Below, one piece after another: positions 32,736-43,335 of a DNA stretch of 64,000 nucleotides. The number at the start of each line of letters is the position of its first letter. Position 1 is the first letter of the stretch. The notes under the pieces were generated by a model. That model was not told the DNA's origin. It ran no database searches and saw only the letters and a program-made list of their open reading frames with translations. This stretch comes from Escherichia phage vB_EcoM_ECO78. A program made the translations under genes and the position numbers. Location: the sequence record PP526941.1; one strand, 5' to 3'.

Positions 32736-34060
32736 TTGATTTCCTCTAAATCTTTGGTGTATTCGGTAACTACATCAGTAGTTTTCCAATATTCGTTTTC
32801 TTCTTTTTTAGCTTTAGCTTCTTCAGCAAGTTTCTTTGCTTCGTCGGAAGTCATATGAAAAATATTCATTCCAACTAGTTTATCAACATAAGAAGAATAC
32901 ATATCGATTTTCGAAAGTTCTTCGGTCAGTTCTTTACGAGTTTTACCTTGTACAACAATTTCACCTGAAATTACTTTCTTAATGAAATGTGCCTTGGCAA
33001 AAGCTAAACGAAATGCTGATTCAGTTTCTTTGATTTTGTTATCAATTCGTTTTTGGACATAAGTTTTACGAACTTCAACGAAGTCTTTGATTAAATCAAC
33101 TACGTTATCGTAAACTTGCAGCTTTCCTTTCTCATTAATGACGGTAATATTCTGAGAACGCCGCTCAATCAACCCGAAGTCTTTCATAATTTTTGCATGA
33201 CGTTCTTCTTCATTATCGCTCAAAGAATATTCTTTGCGGAATTTAACTTTGAAGCCAAAACCATGCTCACCGCAAGCATCATCCCATGTAATGAAGCCTT
33301 TATCTTCAAGCGGGTCTAAGATTTTACTCACATAAGTTTCACGATCATACTTATACGGAATCTCAGTGATATGCATTTGAGTTCGTGAAGTAAACTTATA
33401 TGTTCCACGAATTTCATATTGACCATCAATCTCAACGACTTCACCACGAAATTCTGGGAATTCTACCTTTGGTTTAGTTACTTTCTTTCCTTGAAGAGCT
33501 TGCAGTACAGCTTTCTTGACAGAAGAAACACTATGAGGAAGAATGTAAGTTGCATAACCAGTTGCAATACCGGAAACACCATTAAGAAGAACAGTAGGAA
33601 TAATAGGCAAATAGAAAGCAGGCGGAATGTGTTCTTTATCTTGATGTACCGGAGCATATTCAGTATCTTTATATACGTTATAGAAATTTTTACTTACACG
33701 AGCAAAAATATAACGACTTGCCGCTGCTTTTTGAACGGTACGAGAACCAAAGTTTCCTTGACCGTCTAACAAAGGAAAGTTATTATTCCAAGTGTTAGCC
33801 ATCAAAGCACCTGCGTCTTGCGCAGAGTTTTCACCATGATGATATCCAAGGTCTGCTACACCACCTGCAATAGAAGCAAGTTTGTGAAACTTATCTTTAT
33901 TTCCTCGCGCCAAATCAAGAGCTCGAGCAATAACAAATCGTTGAACTGGCTTAAATCCATCAATCATATTTGGAATAGCACGATTTTCAACCGTGTACAT
34001 AGCATAAGCCAATGCTTCATTATCAATGATACTTTTTAAATCGCGATTATTCAGTTGCAT
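32732..34060 (-). CDS. 52: gp52 topoisomerase II medium subunit (442 aa)
   Basis: GyrA-like N-terminal domain; T4 gp52 size. Confidence 0.92.
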   Translation of the reverse strand: MQLNNRDLKSIIDNEALAYAMYTVENRAIPNMIDGFKPVQRFVIARALDLARGNKDKFHKLASIAGGVADLGYHHGENSAQDAGALMANTWNNNFPLLDGQGNFGSRTVQKAAASRYIFARVSKNFYNVYKDTEYAPVHQDKEHIPPAFYLPIIPTVLLNGVSGIATGYATYILPHSVSSVKKAVLQALQGKKVTKPKVEFPEFRGEVVEIDGQYEIRGTYKFTSRTQMHITEIPYKYDRETYVSKILDPLEDKGFITWDDACGEHGFGFKVKFRKEYSLSDNEEERHAKIMKDFGLIERRSQNITVINEKGKLQVYDNVVDLIKDFVEVRKTYVQKRIDNKIKETESAFRLAFAKAHFIKKVISGEIVVQGKTRKELTEELSKIDMYSSYVDKLVGMNIFHMTSDEAKKLAEEAKAKKEENEYWKTTDVVTEYTKDLEEIK

Positions 34061-34064
34061 AAAT

Positions 34065-34205
34065 TTACCATACTAGTGAATGTAGTGCCATAATAACATC
34101 AGAAATGAAAAGCACGACTTGAATTAATCCGAACATTACTCCATAATATAGTGCTACCAATAAAGTAGCAAGGGCTAATGAATAGCCCAAGATTTTCTTA
34201 ATCAT
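34065..34205 (-). CDS. small hydrophobic peptide (46 aa)
   Basis: Hand-translated MIKKILGYSLALATLLVALYYG... Confidence 0.35.
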   Translation of the reverse strand: MIKKILGYSLALATLLVALYYGVMFGLIQVVLFISDVIMALHSLVW

Positions 34206-34353
34206 TTTTTGAACCGATACAAGCGAATAGTGATAAAACCGCTAATAGGCCTTGGGCTGATGCTTGTAAAAATACTGAAGTTTCTCCAGTTACCAATGTT
34301 CCAACAAATAAAAAGGACCAACAGAAAAAGGCTATACCATGAACAAATTTCAT
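34198..34353 (-). CDS. ac: small membrane protein (51 aa), position and size of T4 ac
   Basis: Hand-translated MKFVHGIAFFCWSFLFVGTLV...; 51 aa as T4 ac. Confidence 0.5.
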   Translation of the reverse strand: MKFVHGIAFFCWSFLFVGTLVTGETSVFLQASAQGLLAVLSLFACIGSKND

Positions 34354-34360
34354 ATTTTCC

Positions 34361-34441
34361 TCACTGGCGTCCGAAGACGCCTTTAGTTTTAAGATTGTTA
34401 CGATAGAACTGCATCACGTGTTCGTTATGGAAATTACTCAT
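34361..34441 (-). CDS. stp: Stp peptide (26 aa)
   Basis: Hand-translated [26 protein letters not shown], matches T4 Stp. Confidence 0.8.
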
Positions 34442-34884
34442 TAATATGCCTGCAAAACAAATTTAAAGTTATCAGCCAACATACGGTTCATTTCTTCAAG
34501 TGTTTGATACTCAGAATGATGATTGCGAGTAAACGCCAAAGCTAACTGACCTTTACCAAATCCTGTCGTCAGAGGTTTCATCTTAGAAGCAGGCAGATAA
34601 AACACTGTGTATACCATATTGTTATTTGCAATAGTACGCGCAAGTTGAGACCGGCGTTGACGAATATGACTTAGAACCGCACTGAATCCTTGCTTAGAAC
34701 GCTGATTACCTACATAAAATCGTGCAGACACGCATGAACCATCGAATTCACTTACTAAAAAGTAAAATCCAGGTTTAGATAAAATATCTTTATGTGGAGT
34801 TCCTAAAAACCATTCACCACCCTTGATTGTACCAATAACAGTAGCGCCTGCATTGTTCAGATCAGTAACAGTCATATATTTCAT
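34441..34884 (-). CDS. ndd: Ndd nucleoid disruption protein (147 aa from MKYM)
   Basis: GAGGAAAT RBS before ATG 34882-34884; stop overlaps stp start (TAATG). Confidence 0.8.
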
Positions 34885-34944
34885 ATTAATTTCCTCTAAA
34901 TTATTTTCTACTCCAAGGCCGCATGAATACACACGGCCATTAAA

Positions 34945-35160
34945 TTACTCGTCGCAGTCGACGCTCAATTCCCAAAACTCTTCTACAGTATAAGTTTCAG
35001 TATCATTTTCAATACAGAAACGTTCATTACTGTTATTTGCTAAAGTAGCGTTAACTGTCATTTTCTCGCTGGTGCTCTTAAGAGGTGAAATACGAATTAA
35101 CTGATCACCGTTATCTAAACAAAAAATTTCACCAACTTTTACATCTTTAAAGATTTTCAT
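34945..35160 (-). CDS. hypothetical protein (71 aa)
   Basis: ORF in ndd-denB interval. Confidence 0.45.
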   Translation of the reverse strand: MKIFKDVKVGEIFCLDNGDQLIRISPLKSTSEKMTVNATLANNSNERFCIENDTETYTVEEFWELSVDCDE

Positions 35161-35275
35161 AATTCACCTCAAGGAGTATAAAATCCAAATGCAGTTGTTG
35201 ACCATCCCATCCAATATGGAAAATTTGCGCCAATGTAAAACATGAGAATATAAAACCAACCGCTCAGCAAATTCA

Positions 35276-35494
35276 TCATTTTACACCATTCCAAATTGTT
35301 TCAACCACGGATTTTAAACCATTTTGATGAATATCCATTCCGACTACCGCCATCAAATAGATTCCAACTACAACTGAACCTAAGGCAAAAATCAGCATGA
35401 AAATGAATAAAGCTGGAAAAATATTATCGAAAAACCATTCAATAAATGTAAAAGCACTGCGTTTACGCTTCATATTTTCCTCACATAAATCCAA
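35276..35494 (-). CDS. hypothetical small membrane protein (72 aa)
   Basis: Two hydrophobic segments. Confidence 0.45.
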   Translation of the reverse strand: MDLCEENMKRKRSAFTFIEWFFDNIFPALFIFMLIFALGSVVVGIYLMAVVGMDIHQNGLKSVVETIWNGVK

Positions 35495-35594
35495 AGTAAA
35501 CGTTTAATACATCAATCATTAAAACGATTGGGAATATACTCAAAACTACTAGTATTATAACTACATTCCATATAGCTTTAATAATCTTTTTCAT
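35481..35594 (-). CDS. small membrane peptide (37 aa, MKKIIKAIWNVVIILVV...)
   Basis: Track ORF N-terminus crosses the promoter; real start set at ATG 35592-35594 after GGAGGAACAGAAA RBS. Confidence 0.4.
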   Translation of the reverse strand: MKKIIKAIWNVVIILVVLSIFPIVLMIDVLNVYFGFM

Positions 35595-35622
35595 TTTCTG
35601 TTCCTCCGTAGTTGATAGGGTA

Positions 35623-35652
35623 ATAGTACCACGGAGGAACAGTCTTGTAAAC
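35623..35652 (-). promoter_or_regulatory. early promoter (GTTTACA -35, TACTAT -10)
   Basis: Repeated promoter pattern. Confidence 0.5.
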
Positions 35653-35868
35653 AACTTTTTAAAAATATTCGTAATAAATGTGAATACCAACTACTACCGC
35701 TGAAACCTGCGCAACCCACCACGCACAAGCAATAAGTACAGAATTCAAAATTTTCATAATAACCTCATTACAAAAGTAAATGTTAAACAAATTACTGGAA
35801 TACTAATTAACCAAACAAAACACCACCATAGTGAACTCATAGCTCAATCTCAACGATTTTCATTTTAC

Positions 35869-36087
35869 TCAATAATCCGCTAAAAGATCGACGATTGCAT
35901 CACGAAGACACTTATTCGCAATACGTTTAAGAGCAATTTCAGTTTCTGGAGCATTTTGAATAATCATTGAATTCAATTCAGCCTCAGCAAACTGAAGTTC
36001 TTTAACTAATTCAGCTTTATATTTCCCTTGCCCTTTCTTAGCTTTTGCTCGTTTTAATTCAGCTGTAGTAAACATTTTATTCTCCAA
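35869..36087 (-). CDS. hypothetical protein (72 aa)
   Basis: ORF downstream of promoter at 36110-36139. Confidence 0.5.
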   Translation of the reverse strand: MENKMFTTAELKRAKAKKGQGKYKAELVKELQFAEAELNSMIIQNAPETEIALKRIANKCLRDAIVDLLADY

Positions 36088-36109
36088 ATCCGTATCAGTT
36101 GATAGTTGT

Positions 36110-36139
36110 ATAGTACCACGGTCCTTGTGGTATGTAAAC
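36110..36139 (-). promoter_or_regulatory. early promoter (GTTTACA -35, TACTAT -10)
   Basis: Repeated promoter pattern. Confidence 0.5.
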
Positions 36140-36156
36140 CGTTTTGTGAAAATTTT

Positions 36157-36714
36157 TTAAATGGAAAGATACCATCCGTTGTAGTTGCTTTTTCTTACAA
36201 CCTTACGAAGGTCTTCTCTATCACCGATGAATTTCGGAGTGTACTGGATGACACCTGGGTGAATTTCTTTAGTGTTGAATATAATTATACAGTCAGCGAC
36301 CTGATGATTCAGAATAGGCCCTAGATTTATTCCAGAACCATATGGATACTCTCCGCTGCATCCTGTTGTTACAGAAATCCAACGTGAGTCAGTTTGATGT
36401 GTCTTAACTTCTACACGAAGCCCGCAGTATCTTGGATGCGCCAATACATCCCATGCGTATGTATACGGGTCATTAACATCCTCTTGGCCTTTGTTAACAT
36501 ACCCGCTTAGCCAATCTGCTACAAAAAACTCTGCGTACACCGCGATACGACATCTTTCGATAACTTCTGCTTTATCCTGGTTCGGGTTTTGTTTTAAAGA
36601 GTATCTTGCTGTATCAGCAATTTTGACCTTCATTTCACTAGTCAAGTCACTGTTCGATAGGGTAAATGTCGGAATCTGAAATAGTCTCTGTAAACCCGGA
36701 TTCGTTTTCTGCAT
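36157..36714 (-). CDS. denB: endonuclease IV (185 aa)
   Basis: Size and position between ndd and rIIB as in T4. Confidence 0.75.
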   Translation of the reverse strand: MQKTNPGLQRLFQIPTFTLSNSDLTSEMKVKIADTARYSLKQNPNQDKAEVIERCRIAVYAEFFVADWLSGYVNKGQEDVNDPYTYAWDVLAHPRYCGLRVEVKTHQTDSRWISVTTGCSGEYPYGSGINLGPILNHQVADCIIIFNTKEIHPGVIQYTPKFIGDREDLRKVVRKSNYNGWYLSI

Positions 36715-36976
36715 TTAGACTTTCCTTTTTACCGCTGAGATAAGCGTTATATACTTTAAGAGTGCCGTAATAAATTCGGTCATTTTCATCTAAAGACTCA
36801 CGGTCAAGTTCATCGAGTTCCTTTTTATCCATGACTATAATATCATTGCAGTAAAGAAACCCAAGTTTTTCGTGACCAAACTCAAATTTATTGCAGTACA
36901 CAATATTAGCGTGATGATTTCCGTGCAGTTTAATCTCTTTTATGTCGGAATCACCGATATTCATACAATAAATCAT
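36647..36976 (-). CDS. hypothetical protein (109 aa)
   Basis: ORF overlapping denB start region in another frame. Confidence 0.45.
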   Translation of the reverse strand: MIYCMNIGDSDIKEIKLHGNHHANIVYCNKFEFGHEKLGFLYCNDIIVMDKKELDELDRESLDENDRIYYGTLKVYNAYLSGKKESLNAENESGFTETISDSDIYPIEQ

Positions 36977-37013
36977 AATTTTTCCTTAAAACAAAAGGGC
37001 CGAAGCCCCTTAT

Positions 37014-37208
37014 TTATTTGAATTGTGCAATTCTTTTTTCTAAACAATCTGCGTAAGATTTCATTGAGATGAACTGTGAAAGCAGTAATTCTTGCTCAAC
37101 TTCATTAATCGTTAGAAACTTTGCGCTTTCTAAAAATTTACTCAGTGCATTAATTTTGAGCATTAATTGATCGTATTCTTCTTTTACTCGTGCTTGATAA
37201 CCTAACAT
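37014..37208 (-). CDS. hypothetical protein (64 aa)
   Basis: ORF between rIIB and denB, flanked by UUCG hairpins. Confidence 0.45.
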   Translation of the reverse strand: MLGYQARVKEEYDQLMLKINALSKFLESAKFLTINEVEQELLLSQFISMKSYADCLEKRIAQFK

Positions 37209-37236
37209 AATTTTCCTTAGTTAAGGGCCGAAGCCC

Positions 37237-38175
37237 TTATTTAAATTGTTCAGTAACGTCTTCAACTACTTCGTATTGGCAGGTACGCATTTTAGCGTCG
37301 TTGTAATCAATCGGAATTGATACTACATCGCGAGGATGTACTTTAACTTTTACAACTCGGCTGGTTGAACTACCAAAGTGACGAATATAAGATTTAGAAC
37401 ACACATGCAGACCACGAGAACAAGTTTGTGTATCATCGTCATTCACACGAGTACGTGGCATTTTAACTACTTTACCAGGACTGTTATCAAAGGTATTTGA
37501 GTGACAGTCAAAGTAATTGCTACGAACTACTTTCCAAGCATAGAAGTAACCATCTTCTGTAATTTCAATATCGTTTGCTACCAAGAAATCAAAGAGTCGA
37601 GATACCGCTTTTTGGCTCGGGTTTTCCAGCAGATTTTCCAAGAACGGAAAATAAAATTCAAAGTTTTCGCCTTTTTCCATCGAATCAAGAATACGATCAA
37701 CTAAACCAGATCGCAATTCAATATTTTGATAGAACAAGCTTCCACCTTCAATTCGAACATCACCGGAAATATATTTTTCAACAGCGCGGCGAACATTAAT
37801 TTTTTGTGCCGCTTCTTCCAATTTATCTGCAACAAGCAGATTAAGAATTTCCTGGAAGTTTGAATGAGTATTAGGAGTTGCGTTATAAGTTACACCGTCA
37901 ACAGTAATTGAAATGAATTTTTTAGATGCATTCCAAATAATGTCAGATTTAGCAACTGGAGCAATAACTACATCGCTATTAACTTTAACCGTAATGTCAC
38001 CGCTAATAGTAACTTTAGGACGTTTAGCTTCTTCAGCATTTTTCAAAACACGGCGGATTGTGTCAACCGATACATCCTTCCAGTAAGCTAATTCCTGCTG
38101 GGTGTAATTACCACTTGAATACAGTTTGACAATTTCAGCTTGTTCGTTTTTGGTCAGGCATTTAATATTGTACAT
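37237..38175 (-). CDS. rIIB: rIIB (312 aa)
   Basis: Size and position adjacent to rIIA. Confidence 0.9.
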   Translation of the reverse strand: MYNIKCLTKNEQAEIVKLYSSGNYTQQELAYWKDVSVDTIRRVLKNAEEAKRPKVTISGDITVKVNSDVVIAPVAKSDIIWNASKKFISITVDGVTYNATPNTHSNFQEILNLLVADKLEEAAQKINVRRAVEKYISGDVRIEGGSLFYQNIELRSGLVDRILDSMEKGENFEFYFPFLENLLENPSQKAVSRLFDFLVANDIEITEDGYFYAWKVVRSNYFDCHSNTFDNSPGKVVKMPRTRVNDDDTQTCSRGLHVCSKSYIRHFGSSTSRVVKVKVHPRDVVSIPIDYNDAKMRTCQYEVVEDVTEQFK

Positions 38176-38186
38176 AATTTTCCTTA

Positions 38187-40364
38187 TTAGGCCGCAAGGG
38201 CCTTCATAGTTTTAGCGATTTGGGAAACTTCATCATCACTTAAAGAGTTGCGATAACCGATGAAGTCGGAAACAATACGGAATTTCTTGGTAAACTCAGC
38301 AACCATTTTATCACTATTTTTTGAAGCATTATTTGATAATACATCAAAAAGATTAGTTACTGTCCAGATGTCATGACCGATGGTACCTTTTCCACCGTTG
38401 AAATATATACCCTGTAATGAACTAACCATATTACCAAGGCGAGTATATTCTTCAGAAACTTCATCTACACTGAAGTACTTCATCATAAAATCGAGTTCAG
38501 GATACTTAATAATTTTATCAATATATCGTTTAGCTGAACTTGAATAACCTACATACTTATCATAATCTACAGCATCAAAAGCATCTACATATAAATCACG
38601 CAGAGTTTCAAAAATACATTGGCACTGACCAAGTTCTTTTACCTTTTTCTGCAAAAGCGGACGAATAACATAAAACTCATTAATGCCAATAAGATTAGCC
38701 ATACGAGTCAAAATACTCGTAGATGGATGACAAAGCGATGTAGTACCATCCATAGAGAAAATATCAGAACGATGCATATACGCTACATAACCAGTAATTT
38801 CATCTGCTTCTGACGTAAGTGTAAACAGTTCCTCTTTTTCCCAGCGCCCATCTTTAATTTCAAACTTAAACGCAGTAGCAGTTTTAGGACGAGGAGCTTT
38901 ACTTTTAACTGCCTTCGGAATATAACTTTTAACTAAAGCTTCAATTTCTGACAAATAATGAATGTTAACTTCATCACTTTCAAACATTGCCATAATATCA
39001 GGGAGTAAATCAATCTGCGATTCTACTTCCGGATTAATAAACAGAAGACGCTCATTATGATGAATATTCAAAGTGTTGTTAAATTCTTTATCATCTAACG
39101 CATGCGCTAATCCACGGACAATATTAACACGATTTTTAATATTATCAATAACGATATTAATTTTTGTTGTATTAATACCGAACAGACGATAACTTGATGC
39201 AATGGCTGAAGTTTCATGACTTTGCTTAATGCGTTTCAGTCGAGGGTCAAGATTTACTTCATACACAACTCCTGCATTGCATAACTTACTGTCAGGTTCA
39301 AACATGCTTTGCATCTTCTTATATGACAGATTTTTAGTCGTAAATTTGACTGAATTACTAATCATATAATCTCGAGCAGAATATCCCATCTTCATCAATT
39401 CACGGTATGTATGACGAGGAGATGTAGATTCTTTAAATCGTTTTACATCTTCATTGAATGCTTTCTCACTAAGCTCTTTAACACGCTCAATAATATTTTT
39501 ACGAGTACGATCATCTAATGAAAGAGCTTCGCGCGATGGAGCAATATCCAGTGAACCCATTGGAAACTTAATGTAATTCACTTCATTGCGGATGCTTAAC
39601 CAGTTGCGGTCTCTAATAACACCATCGATAGGATAAACAATACCACCATAGATAGCATACAATCCACCACGATCTGGCCAGTATCTTTCTGGATTTACGC
39701 CGTAATAGTCATCAAAATCCGGAAAATAATCAATTTCGCGGTCAAGACCATTAATGATAGCTAAATCTTTGAATGGTCGCATGATATAAGAAACTTCATA
39801 AGCAAAGTTTCTAAAGTCTTTTTCTTCAACTGGAACTACGATTTCAATACCAGTTTTATCATCTGGACCCATTTCTTTTACAAATGTAGGTTTAATTTGT
39901 GGACCATCGCCATCCATGTAAGCTACATAACCACGAATTTCGCCTTTATGATATGAAGTAATACTAAATGTATCAGTATAACTAAACGGAGATTTAGAAC
40001 CTAAACCAAATCCGCCAATGAAATCGTTAGATTCAGCCTTAGATGAACTAAAGTATGAATTATACAACCCAGGAGAATTATCATCACCCTGAATATCAAA
40101 ATCGCTCATACCCGGACCAAAATCTCGGCAAACAAATCGTGGATCTAATCGTCCTGGAACTTGAATGATAAATTTTTCAGGATTTCCATTGAGAGCATGG
40201 GCATCAATCATGTTGGTAATCAATTCACGGACTACTGCGCGAATCTTGTTTGTATACAAATCAGATGACAGAATTTTGAATACTTTAGGAGATGCTGTGA
40301 TGCTAAATGCCTTTGATTTAGAACCATTACCAAGAATTGTTTCTTTTTCAGTGGTGATAATCAT
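38187..40364 (-). CDS. rIIA: rIIA (725 aa)
   Basis: Length identical to T4 rIIA; ATPase-like N-terminus. Confidence 0.92.
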   Translation of the reverse strand: MIITTEKETILGNGSKSKAFSITASPKVFKILSSDLYTNKIRAVVRELITNMIDAHALNGNPEKFIIQVPGRLDPRFVCRDFGPGMSDFDIQGDDNSPGLYNSYFSSSKAESNDFIGGFGLGSKSPFSYTDTFSITSYHKGEIRGYVAYMDGDGPQIKPTFVKEMGPDDKTGIEIVVPVEEKDFRNFAYEVSYIMRPFKDLAIINGLDREIDYFPDFDDYYGVNPERYWPDRGGLYAIYGGIVYPIDGVIRDRNWLSIRNEVNYIKFPMGSLDIAPSREALSLDDRTRKNIIERVKELSEKAFNEDVKRFKESTSPRHTYRELMKMGYSARDYMISNSVKFTTKNLSYKKMQSMFEPDSKLCNAGVVYEVNLDPRLKRIKQSHETSAIASSYRLFGINTTKINIVIDNIKNRVNIVRGLAHALDDKEFNNTLNIHHNERLLFINPEVESQIDLLPDIMAMFESDEVNIHYLSEIEALVKSYIPKAVKSKAPRPKTATAFKFEIKDGRWEKEELFTLTSEADEITGYVAYMHRSDIFSMDGTTSLCHPSTSILTRMANLIGINEFYVIRPLLQKKVKELGQCQCIFETLRDLYVDAFDAVDYDKYVGYSSSAKRYIDKIIKYPELDFMMKYFSVDEVSEEYTRLGNMVSSLQGIYFNGGKGTIGHDIWTVTNLFDVLSNNASKNSDKMVAEFTKKFRIVSDFIGYRNSLSDDEVSQIAKTMKALAA

Positions 40365-40374
40365 AATTTCCTCA

Positions 40375-40578
40375 TTAATTCATATTGCGTTTAATAACTT
40401 CAGCAACTTCTAGTAGTTCATCTTTAGTTGCGGTGTCGGATTGAATTTTATCTCTAATATCCTTAAAGCGGTTTTTAAACTCTTCAGCTTCTCCCATATC
40501 GAAAAAGCGTTGAATGATTCTATATTCTCGATGAACTGCTTTATCAAAAAGTTCTAAATTTACTTTATATGATTTCAT
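40375..40578 (-). CDS. hypothetical protein (67 aa, T4 rIIA.1 position)
   Basis: ORF downstream of promoter at 40604-40633. Confidence 0.5.
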   Translation of the reverse strand: MKSYKVNLELFDKAVHREYRIIQRFFDMGEAEEFKNRFKDIRDKIQSDTATKDELLEVAEVIKRNMN

Positions 40579-40603
40579 TTCAATATCCTCATTTGCCCAA
40601 TTA

Positions 40604-40633
40604 ATTATACCACATCCTTGTGGTAAAGTAAAC
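40604..40633 (-). promoter_or_regulatory. early promoter (GTTTACT -35, TATAAT -10)
   Basis: Repeated promoter pattern overlapping gene 39 stop. Confidence 0.5.
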
Positions 40634-42450
40634 TATTGGCTCATCCATTCTTTACGAAGGTCAGCATTATCTCCCATGAGCATTTCAAAAAGCTCTTTCC
40701 AATTCTCAGGAAGTTTAACAACATCATATACTGGGTTTTGAATCATCTCACGATATTCAGATTTTTCCAAAGAGCCAAGTCCCTTAATATAACGGATGCT
40801 ATGTTTAGGTAGAGCATCTTTGGCACTCTCATATTCAGCGACTGTATAAAACCATTCTTGTTTTTTACCGACCTGAGCGATGATTACAGGAGTTTTGACG
40901 AAGCGAATTCTTCCTTGTTCAAACAGTTCTGGCCAATTACTAAAAAATCCGAGCAGAGAAGGATAAATGCTTCCTAGACCATCATGGTCGGCATCGGTCA
41001 TAATTGCAATATTATGATAATTCAAGTTTTCAGCCTTTTCACCAAGAACTAATCCGGTGATTGCGCAAATATCAAACAGTTCTTTATTTTTAAGCATATC
41101 AGCATATGACATACCCCAACTGTTGAGAACTTTACCACGCAATGGATAACCACCATGAAGTTCTTTATCACGAACATCAATAAGATATCCGATAGCAGAA
41201 TCACCCTCAGTCAAGAAAAGAGTAGTGTCAGCATCTTTACCACAAAGATTCGCTTTAATATGTTTATGAACCTTAGCTTTAGAAGCCTTTTTAGCTGCTT
41301 TAGTTTCTGCTGCCTTTTCTGCAGCCAATTTACGAGCCAAAGCAGCTTCAATAATTGGCATTAAAATTGCTTCATTATTTAAAATAGCACGTGAAATCTT
41401 TTTAGCATCAAGCTGAATATGACTACGAATTTCACCAAATGGAGAAGTCAAACGCTCTTTAGTCTGAGAATCAAATCGCATGTTTTTCATATCACGAACA
41501 AACATAACGATAGTCAAACATTCTTTAACACGTGCTTTAGTTACATCAATTTTGAACTTGCGTTTGATTTGTGGAATAAGGTCTTCACAAATATCATCCA
41601 TAACGCAGTCAATATGATGGCCACCATTCTTAGTATGAATGTTATTGACGTATGTTAATTGACGAAAACCATCCGGTGAACGACCAACCGCAATAGAACA
41701 ATTTTCTTGTTCTTGAACGATAGCATGCTCATCATATTGGCGTGCGTATTTCTTAAAATTACCCTGAACCTTTTTACCATTAAAGGTAAATTGAATATCA
41801 GGATAAACTACTGCAAGTGTCTGGAGACGATCTAGCGTAATGTCAAGATAAACTTGAGATAGCTCATTAGTTTCAAATGACATAAAATCAGGAATGAAAG
41901 TAACACGTGTTCCTTTCCATTTTCCAGGAATAGTTTCCCATGATTTATTTTCCATGCCATTTGAACAACGAACTACAATATTATTTTGACCATCGCCAGT
42001 TTCACCGACAAACATCACAGAAAAAATGTTAGTTAAACTAGAACCAACACCGTTCATACCGCCAGTGACGCGTTCTTTATCATCACCGAAGTTACCACCT
42101 GCTTTTGGAATAGTCCAGGCAGCAACAGGACCAGGAATTTCTTCACCGGTAGGTGTTTTAACCATCGCTTGTGGAATACCACGACCGTTATCTTCAACTG
42201 TTACTTGATTGTTTTTAATAGTAACATTAATTTTATTCGCGAATTTAAACTTAGTACGAATACCTTCATCTACTGAGTTATCGATAATTTCATCAATAAG
42301 CTTAACAAGACCAGGTACATACTGAACACTTTCCCATTTACCAAACAGAAAACGCTCATGCATTTCATTAGCGGAAGAGCCAATATACATGCCGCTACGC
42401 TTTTTGATATGTTCAATATCGCTCAGAATTTTAATTTCATTCTTAATCAT
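40633..42450 (-). CDS. 39: topoisomerase II large (ATPase, GyrB-like) subunit, contiguous 605 aa (T4 genes 39+60 equivalent)
   Basis: ATG at 42448-42450 (track start is GTG); C-terminus ...NADLRKEWMSQ continuous with no bypass gap. Confidence 0.92.
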   Translation of the reverse strand: MIKNEIKILSDIEHIKKRSGMYIGSSANEMHERFLFGKWESVQYVPGLVKLIDEIIDNSVDEGIRTKFKFANKINVTIKNNQVTVEDNGRGIPQAMVKTPTGEEIPGPVAAWTIPKAGGNFGDDKERVTGGMNGVGSSLTNIFSVMFVGETGDGQNNIVVRCSNGMENKSWETIPGKWKGTRVTFIPDFMSFETNELSQVYLDITLDRLQTLAVVYPDIQFTFNGKKVQGNFKKYARQYDEHAIVQEQENCSIAVGRSPDGFRQLTYVNNIHTKNGGHHIDCVMDDICEDLIPQIKRKFKIDVTKARVKECLTIVMFVRDMKNMRFDSQTKERLTSPFGEIRSHIQLDAKKISRAILNNEAILMPIIEAALARKLAAEKAAETKAAKKASKAKVHKHIKANLCGKDADTTLFLTEGDSAIGYLIDVRDKELHGGYPLRGKVLNSWGMSYADMLKNKELFDICAITGLVLGEKAENLNYHNIAIMTDADHDGLGSIYPSLLGFFSNWPELFEQGRIRFVKTPVIIAQVGKKQEWFYTVAEYESAKDALPKHSIRYIKGLGSLEKSEYREMIQNPVYDVVKLPENWKELFEMLMGDNADLRKEWMSQ

Positions 42451-42519
42451 CACTTATCCTCGTTTGGTTTCGGGAATATTATACTCCGGTAATCATAAAG
42501 CTAAAGGCCCGAAGGCCTT

Positions 42520-42780
42520 TTATTTAAAACGGATAGTCGAATCCTTGAAGAATAGACCAGAACATACGGTTCCTTCTACTTTCTGCCCGGTAGGTCCAAT
42601 AGCACGAAATCCAGTGTGTTGGAAATCATTTTCAGAGCAACCGAACCAGTTATATCCAGTGATTTCAATATTAGTAAAACCGCTTGAAGACAAAATTTTG
42701 GTTGCATTATCAGCATCAGTACATCCTGCTAAAGACACTGCTAATACTAATGCTGCGATAGAACGATTAACATATTTCAT
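42520..42780 (-). CDS. predicted lipoprotein (86 aa, lipobox LAGC)
   Basis: Signal peptide MKYVNRSIAALVLAVSLAGC. Confidence 0.5.
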   Translation of the reverse strand: MKYVNRSIAALVLAVSLAGCTDADNATKILSSSGFTNIEITGYNWFGCSENDFQHTGFRAIGPTGQKVEGTVCSGLFFKDSTIRFK

Positions 42781-42784
42781 AATT

Positions 42785-43156
42785 TCACTCAAATTTAATG
42801 GCTTGAAGGAGACTAATAATTCTCAAGCGACTTCTTTCATCTTTAACTGTAAAAGAAAGAGGGTCGCCAGATTTCATAGTAATAGTACATTCAAAATCAA
42901 AATCTTCGGAAACTTCTTTGAAGAAGTCAAATTCTTCATCATAAATTAAAACATTACTCTGACAACTATGAAGAATTTTTCCATCATTTCCAGATGCTGT
43001 ACTAATCATTGTAACATTATGACCTTTCATATCTTCAACGATAAATTCACTAGTCAATATTACAGCATTAATAGAACTATTCCTATTACTAGCAGAAAGT
43101 AGATATTTCTGTTCTTCACCTTCACGAATGCGATATTTCTTACCGATTTTAAACAT
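42785..43156 (-). CDS. hypothetical protein (123 aa)
   Basis: ORF upstream of lipoprotein gene. Confidence 0.5.
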   Translation of the reverse strand: MFKIGKKYRIREGEEQKYLLSASNRNSSINAVILTSEFIVEDMKGHNVTMISTASGNDGKILHSCQSNVLIYDEEFDFFKEVSEDFDFECTITMKSGDPLSFTVKDERSRLRIISLLQAIKFE

Positions 43157-43158
43157 AA

Positions 43159-43335
43159 TTACCCTTTAAGTAAGTCGTAAAATCCACCATTCACATGCTT
43201 AGGAGCGGAAACTAACCGAATGGCAATCCGATGACAATCAGGACATACATCAGTATCCCTTTCAGAAATTTTCTTGATTTTTTCGTATTCATTCCCGCAA
43301 TCTTCGGATTGGCATTTATAATCATACATTGGCAT
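43159..43335 (-). CDS. FmdB-like zinc-ribbon protein (58 aa), below ORF-track cutoff
   Basis: Hand-translated MPMYDYKCQSEDCGNEYEKIKKISERDTDVCPDCH...; two Cys pairs. Confidence 0.45.
   Translation of the reverse strand: MPMYDYKCQSEDCGNEYEKIKKISERDTDVCPDCHRIAIRLVSAPKHVNGGFYDLLKG

Noticed and set aside
35594-35690. N-terminal extension of track ORF 35481..35690 (and likewise 63010..63193 and 45781..45820)
   Set aside because: The extensions translate straight through the conserved early promoter repeat, which gives the shared ...KLFTRLF...TTEE... pseudo-motif; real starts are the downstream ATGs with RBS.
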